NCBI GenBank assembly: GCA_016931415.1
Contig: JAFGEW010000006.1
Coordinates: 28,310 to 92,309, forward strand
Reading direction: 5' to 3'
DNA: 64,000 nt
From: Verrucomicrobiota bacterium
GTDB taxonomy: Bacteria > Auribacterota > JABMQX01 > JAFGEW01
Both the position numbers and the translations under genes were made by a program. Shown here piece after piece: positions 19,627 through 29,014 of the stretch (the first letter of the stretch is position 1; every line of letters starts with the position of its first letter). Under the pieces are notes generated by a model, which saw nothing but the letters and a program-made list of their open reading frames with translations, ran no database searches and was not told the DNA's origin.

Positions 19627-22600
19627 CTACCATTGGCTGGACTTCTTCTCCCAATCCGGATCGAAACCCGTTCCCGTCTGGGCCATCTGACGAATGTCGT
19701 TGTAGCACTCGCTCAGGAGGACCGCGGGGACCTCCTCCAGCGGGATGCCGGCGCTCATGCTCCAGTAGTTGACCTTCTCGGTCGTCCGACTGAATGACAG
19801 GGCCAACAACGCCACGAGACAATTGGTCTCGGGCAGACTGTTGCCCGTGAATTCGATGTTGGCTTGGAGCCCCAGTGCGGGAAACTGCTTGGTGTAAAGA
19901 ACGAACACGCCGCCATCCTCGGCTCGCCCGCGGCTGTAGCCGAGCTTGGCGGCCGCCCCGCGCAGCTTGAATGCCTCGATCATGCAGCCTTTGAAGTCTT
20001 CAATCTGGATCCGACGTCGGGTCTCCTCGCTCAAGGCATAAGGAGATCGCCCGAACTGCTGGAAGAGCGCATCCACCTTGTAGTCGGTTAGGTGGATTGT
20101 CCACTTCTGCCCAAGGTCCGGCGACACGTTGCACGTATGCGCCACCCGAACTACGGCATCTGCGGGCACGGTCACCGCTTCATCGTTCACGCCGCTCAGG
20201 GACCTGTCCTCCAGGGGTCGGAAGGTCGTCAACAACACCCCATCCGTGAAAGCTGCCCACACCAATCGCTGGCAACAGCGGCCCACGATTGGGTGGCGGT
20301 GCAGATAGCGGTCCCAGTCGTCGAACACCCATATCCGTTGCGTACACATTGCCTCATACAGGCGGTCCTTCTGCAGACGCAGGACGGCCGCCAACTCCTT
20401 CTTAGCGGCGGAGAAGGCGGCCTTGGCCTTCTTGTACGCCTCCTCCTGCTCGTCCTGGCGCCGGGCTGGAAAGGCCCTGACCGATTTGCCATCAGCCCTG
20501 ACCAGCTCCAAGTCAAGATTGCCGGAAAGGCGCATGGTGAGCTGACGCGGCCCGGCATCAAGCACCGCCTGGCCCGTGTCATCCAGGCCCGCGGTGGGAA
20601 TCGTCCGGTCCGCGAGTTCGTCACGAGTCCAGTTCTTTCGCTGGGCCAGCGCCTGGGCCACGGCATCGGCTTCCTTGCGGATGCCTGCAGTTCGGAAGCG
20701 ATTGGCAACCGACAAGACCAACTGTGTTGCGGAGGCATGCTCCACCCAGGCGAGCATCCGGATCAACGCCTTGCATTGGGCGGCGCGGTAGCCGTACCAG
20801 GTCTTGAGATACTGCTCGACGGGCGCGGACGCACCGGGACCGCAGCAGGCGGCGGCGACCGCCAGCACGCCCCTCTCCTTGACGGCACTCCCGGCAGGTT
20901 GGCGAAGCAGGCCGGGAAGCAGTGTCTGGAAGATGTCCTCTTCCGTTTGTGTCTTGTCGTAGGAGGCCCACATCTTGGCCTGTTGGCGCGCTCTGGCGAT
21001 GGCCTGTTCTCTGGGAATCGGTATCGTGTCCTTTCCGATCCAGTTCTCCAGCACCCATTGGCCGAGACGTTCCGCCTCGTCCTTCCTGAACCATTGCGCG
21101 TACCGCCGAAGCATGGGCGATGGCTCAGGGTCGCCCACCTTGTAGGCCTTCACGATCATCCATGCCAGGATCTCTCGATCTACCATCTGGCCGCTGTCGG
21201 CCCAATGGACCGGAGGAACCAACTGCACTTGGACCCAATCGAGGCCGGCTGGCATGCCTTTGGCCAGGCCGGCCTTGGCTTCGGCGATCAGCCCGGCACG
21301 GTCCAGGAACTCGTCCACCGGGACGGCCATGGCCTCAAGGGCAGACATCATGGCCGCCTTCGCCAGCTCGCTCTTCTCCTTCTTCAGGGCCTTCTGAAGC
21401 TCAGGTACCGCTTGGCGCGCCTTCAGTTCTCCGAGCCATTCGGCGGCACCCGCACGCTCTCCCTGCCGGCCGGACGACAATTCCTGGATGATCCGCTCCT
21501 CCTTGCCGGGGCATCGCTCCAGAGCCTTCTGGGCTTCAAGACGCTCGCTCTTGCCGGCGCCCAACGCCGTTTCCCAGAGCCGCGGCGCCAACTGCGGCGG
21601 GACCTGAGGCATGGCCGCCAGCACCGCATAGGCCTTGGAGCGCCTGATGTTGTACCAGTAGTCGTACTGCCCCTTAGGTGCGAAACACTCCTCGATAAGA
21701 TGAATCCGCTCCCAGAAATACTGCCATGCTTGCGACGGGTCTCTCTGCCAGTAGTTGAGACTGCCGGACAGTGCATCGTGGCCAACCATGTCATCGGAGA
21801 CGCCAACAACGCGCAGCGCGGCCGCAACGTACCTGAGGTCCTGAGTCTGGTGGTGCGAACGGAACCACTCATCCACCAGGTCGTCACCGAGTAGGTTGAA
21901 CTGCCAGACACCGTTTTTGTCCCGGTTGATGTCGCCCGTCAGGCGCATCAACCGCAGCAAGTGAACCAACTGGATGTCAGGGTGCGCGGCGATGCTGCGA
22001 AGCGCTTGCGGATAGCGCAGGTACCTCGCCGCCTGCATCTCGTCGCCGACCCTAAGAGTCTGCATAGTCTGAACAACCCCGTCCAGCCAGCCCCAAGGGG
22101 CCGCCTTAGGCTCGTTACCGTACCATCGCTGCCTTGATTTCTTGGCCTTTTGGCAGGCGGCTATCTGCTGTTGGATTGCCTGCTCGATGGCCTCTCTGAC
22201 ATGCGCACGAAGGGAGTCCGAGACCTTCGGACAGGAATCCACCGCAGGCACCGGCGGGAGCTCGACGGCAGACGATTCCGGAGACGCCGGTGAGGCCGCC
22301 GGCGAAGCAGCGGCGGGGCTCAGGAGTCGCTCGATCGCCTTCTTGACTCTGGGAGAGGTCTCTGCCTCGAGCCGCTGTCGGAGCAGGTCTGCGGAAGGGT
22401 CGCAGCCCAGTTGGTCGGCCAGCGCTAGGGCATGTAGCCTTTCTTCCGGCTGTCCTTCCACGAACTTCCGCAGGATCAGCGGCTTGGCCGCGTCCTTGAA
22501 CTTGACGACCAGGAGATTGGCGGCCTGGCGGACCGTCTTGGCGGAGTCGACAGCGGCATCGACCAGCTCCACCGTAAACGGAGCCATGTCAAGCTGCCAT

Positions 22601-23313
22601 TTGGCCAACAGGGTCAGCGCGTGGACGCGCCGCGGCGCCTCCGCTTGCGTCATTGCCGCTCGGATGACGTCGGGATAGCGGCACACAAGCGCACTCAAAC
22701 CCGGAATCCGCTCGATGAGTGAGTTGTGGAGATACGCATTGCTGCCGTGAGGGTCCATCCACAGGGCGAATTTGGCGAGCAGCGAGGTGTCTTCGCCCGC
22801 CACGGCGAGCATCTGTTCGACCAAGTCAGCCGCCAGCGTCCTCAGCGGTGGCTGTCGATGTCCGTAGTAGTACTGGCCTCCTGTCAATTCTTGAACGTAC
22901 ACATCCAGCCAGACCGGGGCGCCGGGAATCCAATCCAGAAGCAGCTGCTTACGGTCGCGATAGCTGACTGCCTCATATATCTTCGCAAGCCGGACGTAAT
23001 GGACGGGTTCCAGTCCTTCAAGAGCAAGAAGCATGCGTTGGCGTTTTTCGAGGCGTTTGCAGGGATACCGGGGGTTGCAGCAAGCGACCTCAAAATCCAC
23101 GCCCGCGCCTGCAGGCAGCCCCGCCAAGTCCCCGAGCACCGACTCATCCTGGCCGGTTGCCAGATACTGCATCGCTCGTCTGGGCCGGTCGCGGCCGTGA
23201 CGGCTCAGAAAGGCCAGATCCTCCGCGATCTTCGCAGACGCCGAGCCCGTAAGTGGTCTGGTCCCCTGATCGCCATCACGTGGTCCCAGGATCTTTCGAA
23301 GCCAGTCTAGCAT
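19627..23313 (-). CDS. giant alpha-solenoid protein with HEAT-like repeats and C-terminal DUF4132-like domain (yehI/MolR-like)
   Basis: 1228 aa. PBS-lyase/HEAT-like repeat (ERAGAAEWLGELKARQAVPELQKALKK). C-terminal region WVFDDWDRYLHRHPIVGRCCQRLVWAAF...FKGCMIEAFKLRGAAAKLGY matches my recollection of the DUF4132 family. First gene of the operon. Confidence 0.6.
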   Translation of the reverse strand: MLDWLRKILGPRDGDQGTRPLTGSASAKIAEDLAFLSRHGRDRPRRAMQYLATGQDESVLGDLAGLPAGAGVDFEVACCNPRYPCKRLEKRQRMLLALEGLEPVHYVRLAKIYEAVSYRDRKQLLLDWIPGAPVWLDVYVQELTGGQYYYGHRQPPLRTLAADLVEQMLAVAGEDTSLLAKFALWMDPHGSNAYLHNSLIERIPGLSALVCRYPDVIRAAMTQAEAPRRVHALTLLAKWQLDMAPFTVELVDAAVDSAKTVRQAANLLVVKFKDAAKPLILRKFVEGQPEERLHALALADQLGCDPSADLLRQRLEAETSPRVKKAIERLLSPAAASPAASPASPESSAVELPPVPAVDSCPKVSDSLRAHVREAIEQAIQQQIAACQKAKKSRQRWYGNEPKAAPWGWLDGVVQTMQTLRVGDEMQAARYLRYPQALRSIAAHPDIQLVHLLRLMRLTGDINRDKNGVWQFNLLGDDLVDEWFRSHHQTQDLRYVAAALRVVGVSDDMVGHDALSGSLNYWQRDPSQAWQYFWERIHLIEECFAPKGQYDYWYNIRRSKAYAVLAAMPQVPPQLAPRLWETALGAGKSERLEAQKALERCPGKEERIIQELSSGRQGERAGAAEWLGELKARQAVPELQKALKKEKSELAKAAMMSALEAMAVPVDEFLDRAGLIAEAKAGLAKGMPAGLDWVQVQLVPPVHWADSGQMVDREILAWMIVKAYKVGDPEPSPMLRRYAQWFRKDEAERLGQWVLENWIGKDTIPIPREQAIARARQQAKMWASYDKTQTEEDIFQTLLPGLLRQPAGSAVKERGVLAVAAACCGPGASAPVEQYLKTWYGYRAAQCKALIRMLAWVEHASATQLVLSVANRFRTAGIRKEADAVAQALAQRKNWTRDELADRTIPTAGLDDTGQAVLDAGPRQLTMRLSGNLDLELVRADGKSVRAFPARRQDEQEEAYKKAKAAFSAAKKELAAVLRLQKDRLYEAMCTQRIWVFDDWDRYLHRHPIVGRCCQRLVWAAFTDGVLLTTFRPLEDRSLSGVNDEAVTVPADAVVRVAHTCNVSPDLGQKWTIHLTDYKVDALFQQFGRSPYALSEETRRRIQIEDFKGCMIEAFKLRGAAAKLGYSRGRAEDGGVFVLYTKQFPALGLQANIEFTGNSLPETNCLVALLALSFSRTTEKVNYWSMSAGIPLEEVPAVLLSECYNDIRQMAQTGTGFDPDWEKKSSQW

Positions 23314-23379
23314 CCGAATGTCTCACGGGAGCGTTCTTGGAATGCCCCAGGAAGAAGCCGATAGGGTCGCATACCAGCC

Positions 23380-24182
23380 GCTCGTCCGCGCGAGTATAGC
23401 ATGGCCAGGCGGCGTCGTCTCTAGCGCGTTTGTAGTGTGGCGAGGCTCGGGCAGAAGCAGCAGGGCGAGCATGAGGTTTTGGTGCACCGAGCGGCTCGAC
23501 GAACTCGGGCCCGTCTACTTTGTGGGCCGACGGTGTCCACGTCAAGGCCGGGCTCGAGAAAGGCAAGGCGGCCTTGCTCGTGGCGATCACCGGATGCGCC
23601 GACGGACGCAAGCGGCTTGTGGCGCTCGTGGCCGGCCCGTGTGAGTTGGAAGCGACCTGGTCGGCCGTGCTGCGCGATCTGAAGCGGCGCGCGCTTCGCT
23701 GTCCCAAGCTCGTCGAGAGCGACGGCCACTTAGGCATCTGGGCCGGGCTCCGAAACGTCTATCCCGACGCGTCCGAGCGCGGACCTCCGGTCCGATGCGC
23801 TGCTGGAACCATCGGATCCTCAACGTGCTCGACAAGGTGCCAAGCGGTTCCAGGCCCAGGCGAGGCTGCAGCTCAGGCAGATCCGTATGCCGACAGCGAG
23901 CGCGAGGCGTTGCGGCTTTGCGAGCACTTCCAGGCGTCGTGCCACACGCACGAGCTCGACGACGCGGCCGCGCTGCTCGAGCGCGACTGGGACCGTATGG
24001 TGACGTTCTGTCGCTTCCGCCGCGAGCACTGCACGCATCTGCGCACCACCAACGTTGTTGAGTCGCCGTTCGGCGCGCTGCGACTCTGCACCCCGCCTGG
24101 CGGGGCCAAGCGTTTCAAGAATGTCGAGAACGCAGCCGCCGTCATCTTCAAGATGCTCCAGGAGGCCGAGACGGAGTTCTGA
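23380..24182 (+). pseudogene. IS256/Mutator-family transposase remnant (N-terminally truncated, at least 2 frameshifts)
   Basis: Three reading frames carry consecutive transposase segments: RFWCTERLDELGPVYFVG; then HVKAGLEKGKAALLVAITGCADGRKRLVALVAG...LVESDGHLGIWAGLRNVYPDAS; then RCWNHRILNVLDKVP (frame shift); then HLRTTNVVESPFGALRL....AAAVIFKML. No intact ORF and no inverted repeats identified. Confidence 0.7.
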
Positions 24183-24534
24183 CGCTTCAACACCCCGGAG
24201 TTGCCGCGTGAAGTCGTCCTCGGCGCCCAGTTCAAAGACGGACTACGAGTGCAACGCAACCTTCAGGCGGCCGCCGCCAAGAACCTGTCTAGACACCCAT
24301 TTGCCGAGACCTTCGCATGGACCAGAAAAGATGACACATCAATGACACATGCCAAGGGGATCCGTTGCCCGCAACTGGAAGCCTGATTGGGTCGAACTCA
24401 CTTACCGAGAGGCCGCTGGTGCGAGCGGAGGAAAACGACGGCGGCCTCTGATGCCCGGACTGAGATTCCGGGAGAAGCAGGAAAGGCGAAGACAGGTGAA
24501 GCCGGAAGCCCCTATACGGCAAGGCATGGGAAAG

Positions 24535-24608
24535 CGCGCCCGAGAGGGTTCGAACCTCTAACCTTCGGATCCGTAGTCCGACGCTCTATCCATTTGGGCT
24601 ACGGGCGC
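24535..24608 (-). tRNA. tRNA-Arg (anticodon ACG)
   Basis: rc: GCGCCCGTAGCCCAAATGGATAGAGCGTCGGACTACGGATCCGAAGGTTAGAGGTTCGAACCCTCTCGGGCGCG. 7-bp acceptor stem, anticodon arm TCGGA-CTACGGA-TCCGA, T-arm AGAGG-TTCGAAC-CCTCT, discriminator G. CCA not encoded. Confidence 0.9.
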
Positions 24609-25730
24609 GCCGCTTCGCGGCGCGTTGGCAGTTCGGTGTAGCCGAACTGCAGCGCGTCCGGGGCATGGTTCGTCGAGGCCGAACCATGTTGTTGTTCTGT
24701 TGCTTCGCGGCGCGTAGAGAGTCCGGTCGTGCCAGACTCCGGTGCGCCGATAAGCGTCCCGCGCCTGCGGCCTGAGACGTGCCGCGGGCGCGGGCAAGCG
24801 GGGGATGTATACACGCTGACGGCGCGGGGCGCAAGCCCTTTTCACGGCGACCGGGGGCAGGTACAGGCGCACAGTGGGCCCCCCGCCGGTGCCGGGCGCG
24901 AGGCGGGCCTGCACCCAATGGGGCGCCTCGGGCTGGCCCGCCTATGGCCAGAGGCGCGCAGCGCTCCGTTCCGACGGGAGAACGACACCACAGCGGCAAG
25001 GGAGAAGGGATGGGTCCGCGACCGACCTCTTCCTGAATCGATGTCGGCAGGCCGATTGTCCGAGGAGCTGGCAGCAGTGGCCTGGGTGGCATACTGCGAC
25101 GTGAGCCGGTCCATGACAACGAGTTCGAGTCGGCGCCTCAAGGTGGTCGGCCGCGCGCGCCTTCGGCTTTGCGCCAACCACGTCGGATCGTCTCGATCCG
25201 CGCCGCGCGCCGGTCCCGCTCCCGGCGGGGCTCAAGGATCGTTTCGGTTTCGATCCCTCGCGCGGGGGGGGGGGGCGCATCGCTCGCATCCTGCTGCGGC
25301 TCTCTGCACGTCAAGCTGGCGAGCGGATAGTGCCCACAAGCCCTGAGAACGGCAGGCACAAAGAAGGAGCTTCCGGAGAGGGCGTTTCGTCTGCCTGTAC
25401 GACCGTATGCTGCAACAGCGCCGCCTGCGGCGTGTTACGCAATCGGCCTGAGTTGAGTTCGCGGTCCGACGGATCATGGACATGGGGATCTCATTGGCAC
25501 CTTGTCCCCGAGCTCAGGACGTTGGCCGTTGACCTTTCGCTAGCTGATCGTGCACCGATCGTGATAGAATGGCGGGTAAGGGAGGACATTCGGGGAGAGG
25601 GCATTGACCCAGAGCACACGAACGGGAGGCTTGATCCAACCCACTCGTTCTTGACCAGTGCGGTGAGAAACCCGGAGAGGTCTTTTCTGGATCACTGGGG
25701 CGTGAAGGATGATGAAGGGAGGCAGAGAAA

Positions 25731-26114
25731 ATGGAACTGATTGACACATTGACAAAGCAGCTTGGGATTACAGAGGAGCAGGCGAAAGGCGGTAGCGGTC
25801 TTCTGTTCAAGCTGGCAAAGGAGAAGCTGGGCGGCGAGGACTTCGGCAAAGTAACGAGTGCGATCCCCGATGTGGGTGCTCTCATCTCTTCCGTGCCGAA
25901 AGCCGGCGGACTCGGAGGACTCGTTGGTGGCCTCACCTCCTCGCTTGGAGGATCCGCGGGCAAGCTGGGTGATCTCGCCGGACTTGCAGGCGGCTTCTCG
26001 AAGCTCGGTCTTGACTCGGGCATGGTGGGGAAACTCGTTCCCCTCATCCTGTCCTTTGCCCAGTCGAAGGGCGGAGACGCCGTTAAACAGATCCTGGCGA
26101 AGGTGCTCAAGTAG
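25731..26114 (+). CDS. DUF2780-like small protein
   Basis: 127 aa with the pattern MELIDTLTKQLGITEEQAKGGSGLLFKLAKEKLG...LGGLVGGLTSSLGG...LGLDSGMVGKLVPLILSFAQSKGG. Strong SD GGGAGG upstream. Confidence 0.6.
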   Translation: MELIDTLTKQLGITEEQAKGGSGLLFKLAKEKLGGEDFGKVTSAIPDVGALISSVPKAGGLGGLVGGLTSSLGGSAGKLGDLAGLAGGFSKLGLDSGMVGKLVPLILSFAQSKGGDAVKQILAKVLK

Positions 26115-26500
26115 GACACGCTCGCGCAGTCATTGATGTGATTGCGGGTTCGTTGTGTTTTGACGTAGTCGCGATCCGCGTGGGAACGCGGGACGTCGTC
26201 TCCAGTTCTCGTCGTAACAGCGTGACGGCCCGGGCGCGTCGTTCAGTGTCGCACCGAGCAAGGGAATGTCCTTCCAGACGGCAGTCTTGTTGAGCTGAGT
26301 GTGTGCGGCGCCGAACGGCAGTGCGGAATGAGGGGTGCCGCCGGCTCGGTGGCAAGCAAGCTCTGTGTCTTGGTCCGGCGCGTGCGCTTCTCGTTGACGC
26401 GCGCGATGAAGTCAGTTGCGCGCAGGCGCTTCCATTGGCGGTGCTGGAAGCGACAGGAGGTCGGCCCCGCGAGGACGCGAGGCTTTCTCGGTGCAGCGGT

Positions 26501-29014
26501 TCAAGCCTGTTGGGATACTGTATAGGCGGGTTGTTGGCCACTGCCAGAGGAAGCCTGGAAGGGCAGCCATAGAAGTGCTGTTGTCTCCACCGTGATGTCC
26601 GACTTGCGTGGCCGCACCTCTATCCTCTGCAGCTTCATCTGGCTGACGTCGAGTTCATCCTGAATCCGTGCGATCTCCTGATTGAACTCGGCCTCCATCT
26701 TGCCCAACCGTTCCTGAATAGCCAGCCGTGCTTTCGTCGCTTGCTCGACATCGCGCTTCTCTTTCGAGATCTTGCCGGCACGACGCATCGTGGTCGCCGC
26801 ACGGCCGATCGTGCCCGTGCTCACGGTCTTCCGTCCAAACAAGGCGCCGAGCACCGTCGAACCGACAGAGAGGGCCGTGTCCATTTTCTGGCTTGAGACC
26901 TGCGACTGCTCGCGTTGTATCCGCTGATCCGCACGAAGCAGCCGCTCCTGCAACGATGCCAGGCGCGGCGCGTACTTCTTGCGGAGCTTCTCGATTCTTG
27001 CGTCGCGCTCCTCCCGAACCGCAAGAGACACTCGTGACCTGAAATCACCCTCGCTCTCTCCCGGATGCGAGACGGCCTTGGGGTCTCGGCATTCGATCAG
27101 ATCCAGGGCTGCTGTTCGATGGAGGAACTTCGCCAACGAACTACGCCATGAGGCAACATTGTCGCCGCGCAGCGCTCCAGCAGCAGGGGGCTGAAACTGC
27201 GCCTTAGCCATGCCGGTGCTTTCCAGATACGGTTTCAAGTCGGCATGGACGGCCGCGTCTTCCCAGAGTGCCTGAGAGCCGTCCGAAGAGAACGGTGCGC
27301 TGTAGGATCTTGTCTGCCAGACATCCAGCTTTCTCTTCGCATCGACGAAATGGAGATGAACTACGCCGAGGGCGGCGGCACGGTACGTAATCGTGCTGCC
27401 GGTCTGAAACACAGACATGCTCGGCTTGAGATAGAGCTCCTCCATCGTTGAGGGCACGATGGGTTTCTCGGCCTCTGCCTTCTGGGCAGGAGCCAACGCG
27501 GCTGGTTGCGCTGATGGGGTTGGCGCCTGTCGCGGAATGCTGTCCTTGTGCGCCTGCGTCAGAAGGGCGATCTGGGGCAACGTCATGGGGCCTCGGAGAT
27601 AGGACAACGCCCAGCGTGTCTGGAACAACACGAGTTGTTCCTCGTGGACGTTGCGCATCAGGAACACGCGGTTGCCCAGACCGGCGAGTCTTGCCTCGAT
27701 CTCGCCGCGATCGAACGCCGTTCCTTGGCTGAGAAGAGCGCCTTCGAGTCCTTCCATGACACGCGCTTTGTCGCGTTCCGTCTGCAGGCGGCCTATGAGC
27801 CACGTCCCCGCGTTGGCGAGGCCCTTGTAGTCGAGATCAACCGGGTTCTGGGTGGACAGGACAGTGCCCAAGCCGAATGCACGCGCCTGCTTCAGGAGCG
27901 TCAACATGGGGATCTTGGATGGCGGCATGGCTGTGGGAGGGAAGTAGCCGAAGATCTCGTCCATATAGAGCAGGGCGCGCAGGCTCGATGTGCCGGACTG
28001 GACCCGCATCCATGCGACCAGCTCGTTCAGGAGGATAGTCACAAAGAACATGCGCTCGGGATCTGACAGATGTGCAATCGAGAGGATGGAGATCCTTGGC
28101 TTGCCGTCCGTCGTGAAAAGCAGTCGCTGAATGTCCAGTGGCTCGCCTTCCATCCAGGCCGAGAAACCGGGAGAGGCGAGCAGGTTGTTGATCCTCATCG
28201 CCAGAGCCATGCGATCAGCGGCGGGGAAGAATGATTCAATGTCAAAAACACCGACGACATCAAAGGGCGGTTGATGTATCGCGCGAATGATGCCGGCAAT
28301 ATCAAGGCTTTCCCCCTTCTGCCAGGCATGGTGGAGGATGTTCGAGATCAGGATGTGTTCTCGGCTCTTGATGGGGTCGGCACTCAGGCCAACCAAGGCA
28401 AGGAGGCCGGATACAGCCGACATGATCCGGTCACGCAGGGCCGTGGGATCGCCGGCGACTGCTGGAGACGGTGCTGAGAACGAACGCAGCACGCTCAACT
28501 GCAGGCCGGCATTCGCGCCGGGCGTGTAGATGCTTACATCGGCCGCGGCCTTGAGTCGCGCGATTCGTGCCGGATCCTGTCCCCAGTCAGCAAGGCCTCT
28601 GCGCCACAGACCTGCCGTTGACTCGGCATAGGCATCCGGTGTTGCCCCCTTGCGCGCAGCTTCCGCCTCGTCGATCCATGGTCTGAAATCGGACGGCCGC
28701 AGTTCGGGGAATGCGAGTGCGAGATTCGTCAGATCGCCCTTCGGATCGATGCATATCGAGGGGATCCCGTCAATGGCGGCCTCCTCAAGAAGCGTCACAC
28801 ACAAGCCGGTCTTGCCGCTGCCCGTCATCCCGACGCAGACGGCATGCGTCGTGAGATCCTTCGAATCGTACAGGAGGACGTCATCAGTAGTGCGATTGGC
28901 CAGATGGTCATAGACGCGGCCAAGGTAGAACGCCCCAAGTTTCTCGATATCCTGCACAGGTAGTCCTCCATTCTTGCGGGCTGAGCGGGTGTCTGTGTTG
29001 CTCTTGGCTGCCAA
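26501..29014 (-). CDS. P-loop NTPase of the HerA/FtsK superfamily with long C-terminal coiled-coil region
   Basis: 837 aa. Walker A in the context LTTHAVCVGMTGSGKTGLCVTLLEEA...ICIDPKGDL, typical of DUF87/HerA-like ATPases. C-terminal about 250 aa are coiled-coil rich. Confidence 0.65.
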   Translation of the reverse strand: MAAKSNTDTRSARKNGGLPVQDIEKLGAFYLGRVYDHLANRTTDDVLLYDSKDLTTHAVCVGMTGSGKTGLCVTLLEEAAIDGIPSICIDPKGDLTNLALAFPELRPSDFRPWIDEAEAARKGATPDAYAESTAGLWRRGLADWGQDPARIARLKAAADVSIYTPGANAGLQLSVLRSFSAPSPAVAGDPTALRDRIMSAVSGLLALVGLSADPIKSREHILISNILHHAWQKGESLDIAGIIRAIHQPPFDVVGVFDIESFFPAADRMALAMRINNLLASPGFSAWMEGEPLDIQRLLFTTDGKPRISILSIAHLSDPERMFFVTILLNELVAWMRVQSGTSSLRALLYMDEIFGYFPPTAMPPSKIPMLTLLKQARAFGLGTVLSTQNPVDLDYKGLANAGTWLIGRLQTERDKARVMEGLEGALLSQGTAFDRGEIEARLAGLGNRVFLMRNVHEEQLVLFQTRWALSYLRGPMTLPQIALLTQAHKDSIPRQAPTPSAQPAALAPAQKAEAEKPIVPSTMEELYLKPSMSVFQTGSTITYRAAALGVVHLHFVDAKRKLDVWQTRSYSAPFSSDGSQALWEDAAVHADLKPYLESTGMAKAQFQPPAAGALRGDNVASWRSSLAKFLHRTAALDLIECRDPKAVSHPGESEGDFRSRVSLAVREERDARIEKLRKKYAPRLASLQERLLRADQRIQREQSQVSSQKMDTALSVGSTVLGALFGRKTVSTGTIGRAATTMRRAGKISKEKRDVEQATKARLAIQERLGKMEAEFNQEIARIQDELDVSQMKLQRIEVRPRKSDITVETTALLWLPFQASSGSGQQPAYTVSQQA

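Noticed and set aside
20092-21894. 600-aa plus-strand ORF inside the DUF4132-like gene
   Set aside because: Antisense shadow ORF with no motifs. The minus-strand frame carries the recognisable HEAT and DUF4132-like sequence.
24609-25730. Several 70-180 aa ORFs between tRNA-Arg and the DUF2780 gene
   Set aside because: All are mutually overlapping Arg/Pro/Ala-rich frames with no SD or motif. Treated as non-coding, though the region may contain an ncRNA or the tRNA promoter.
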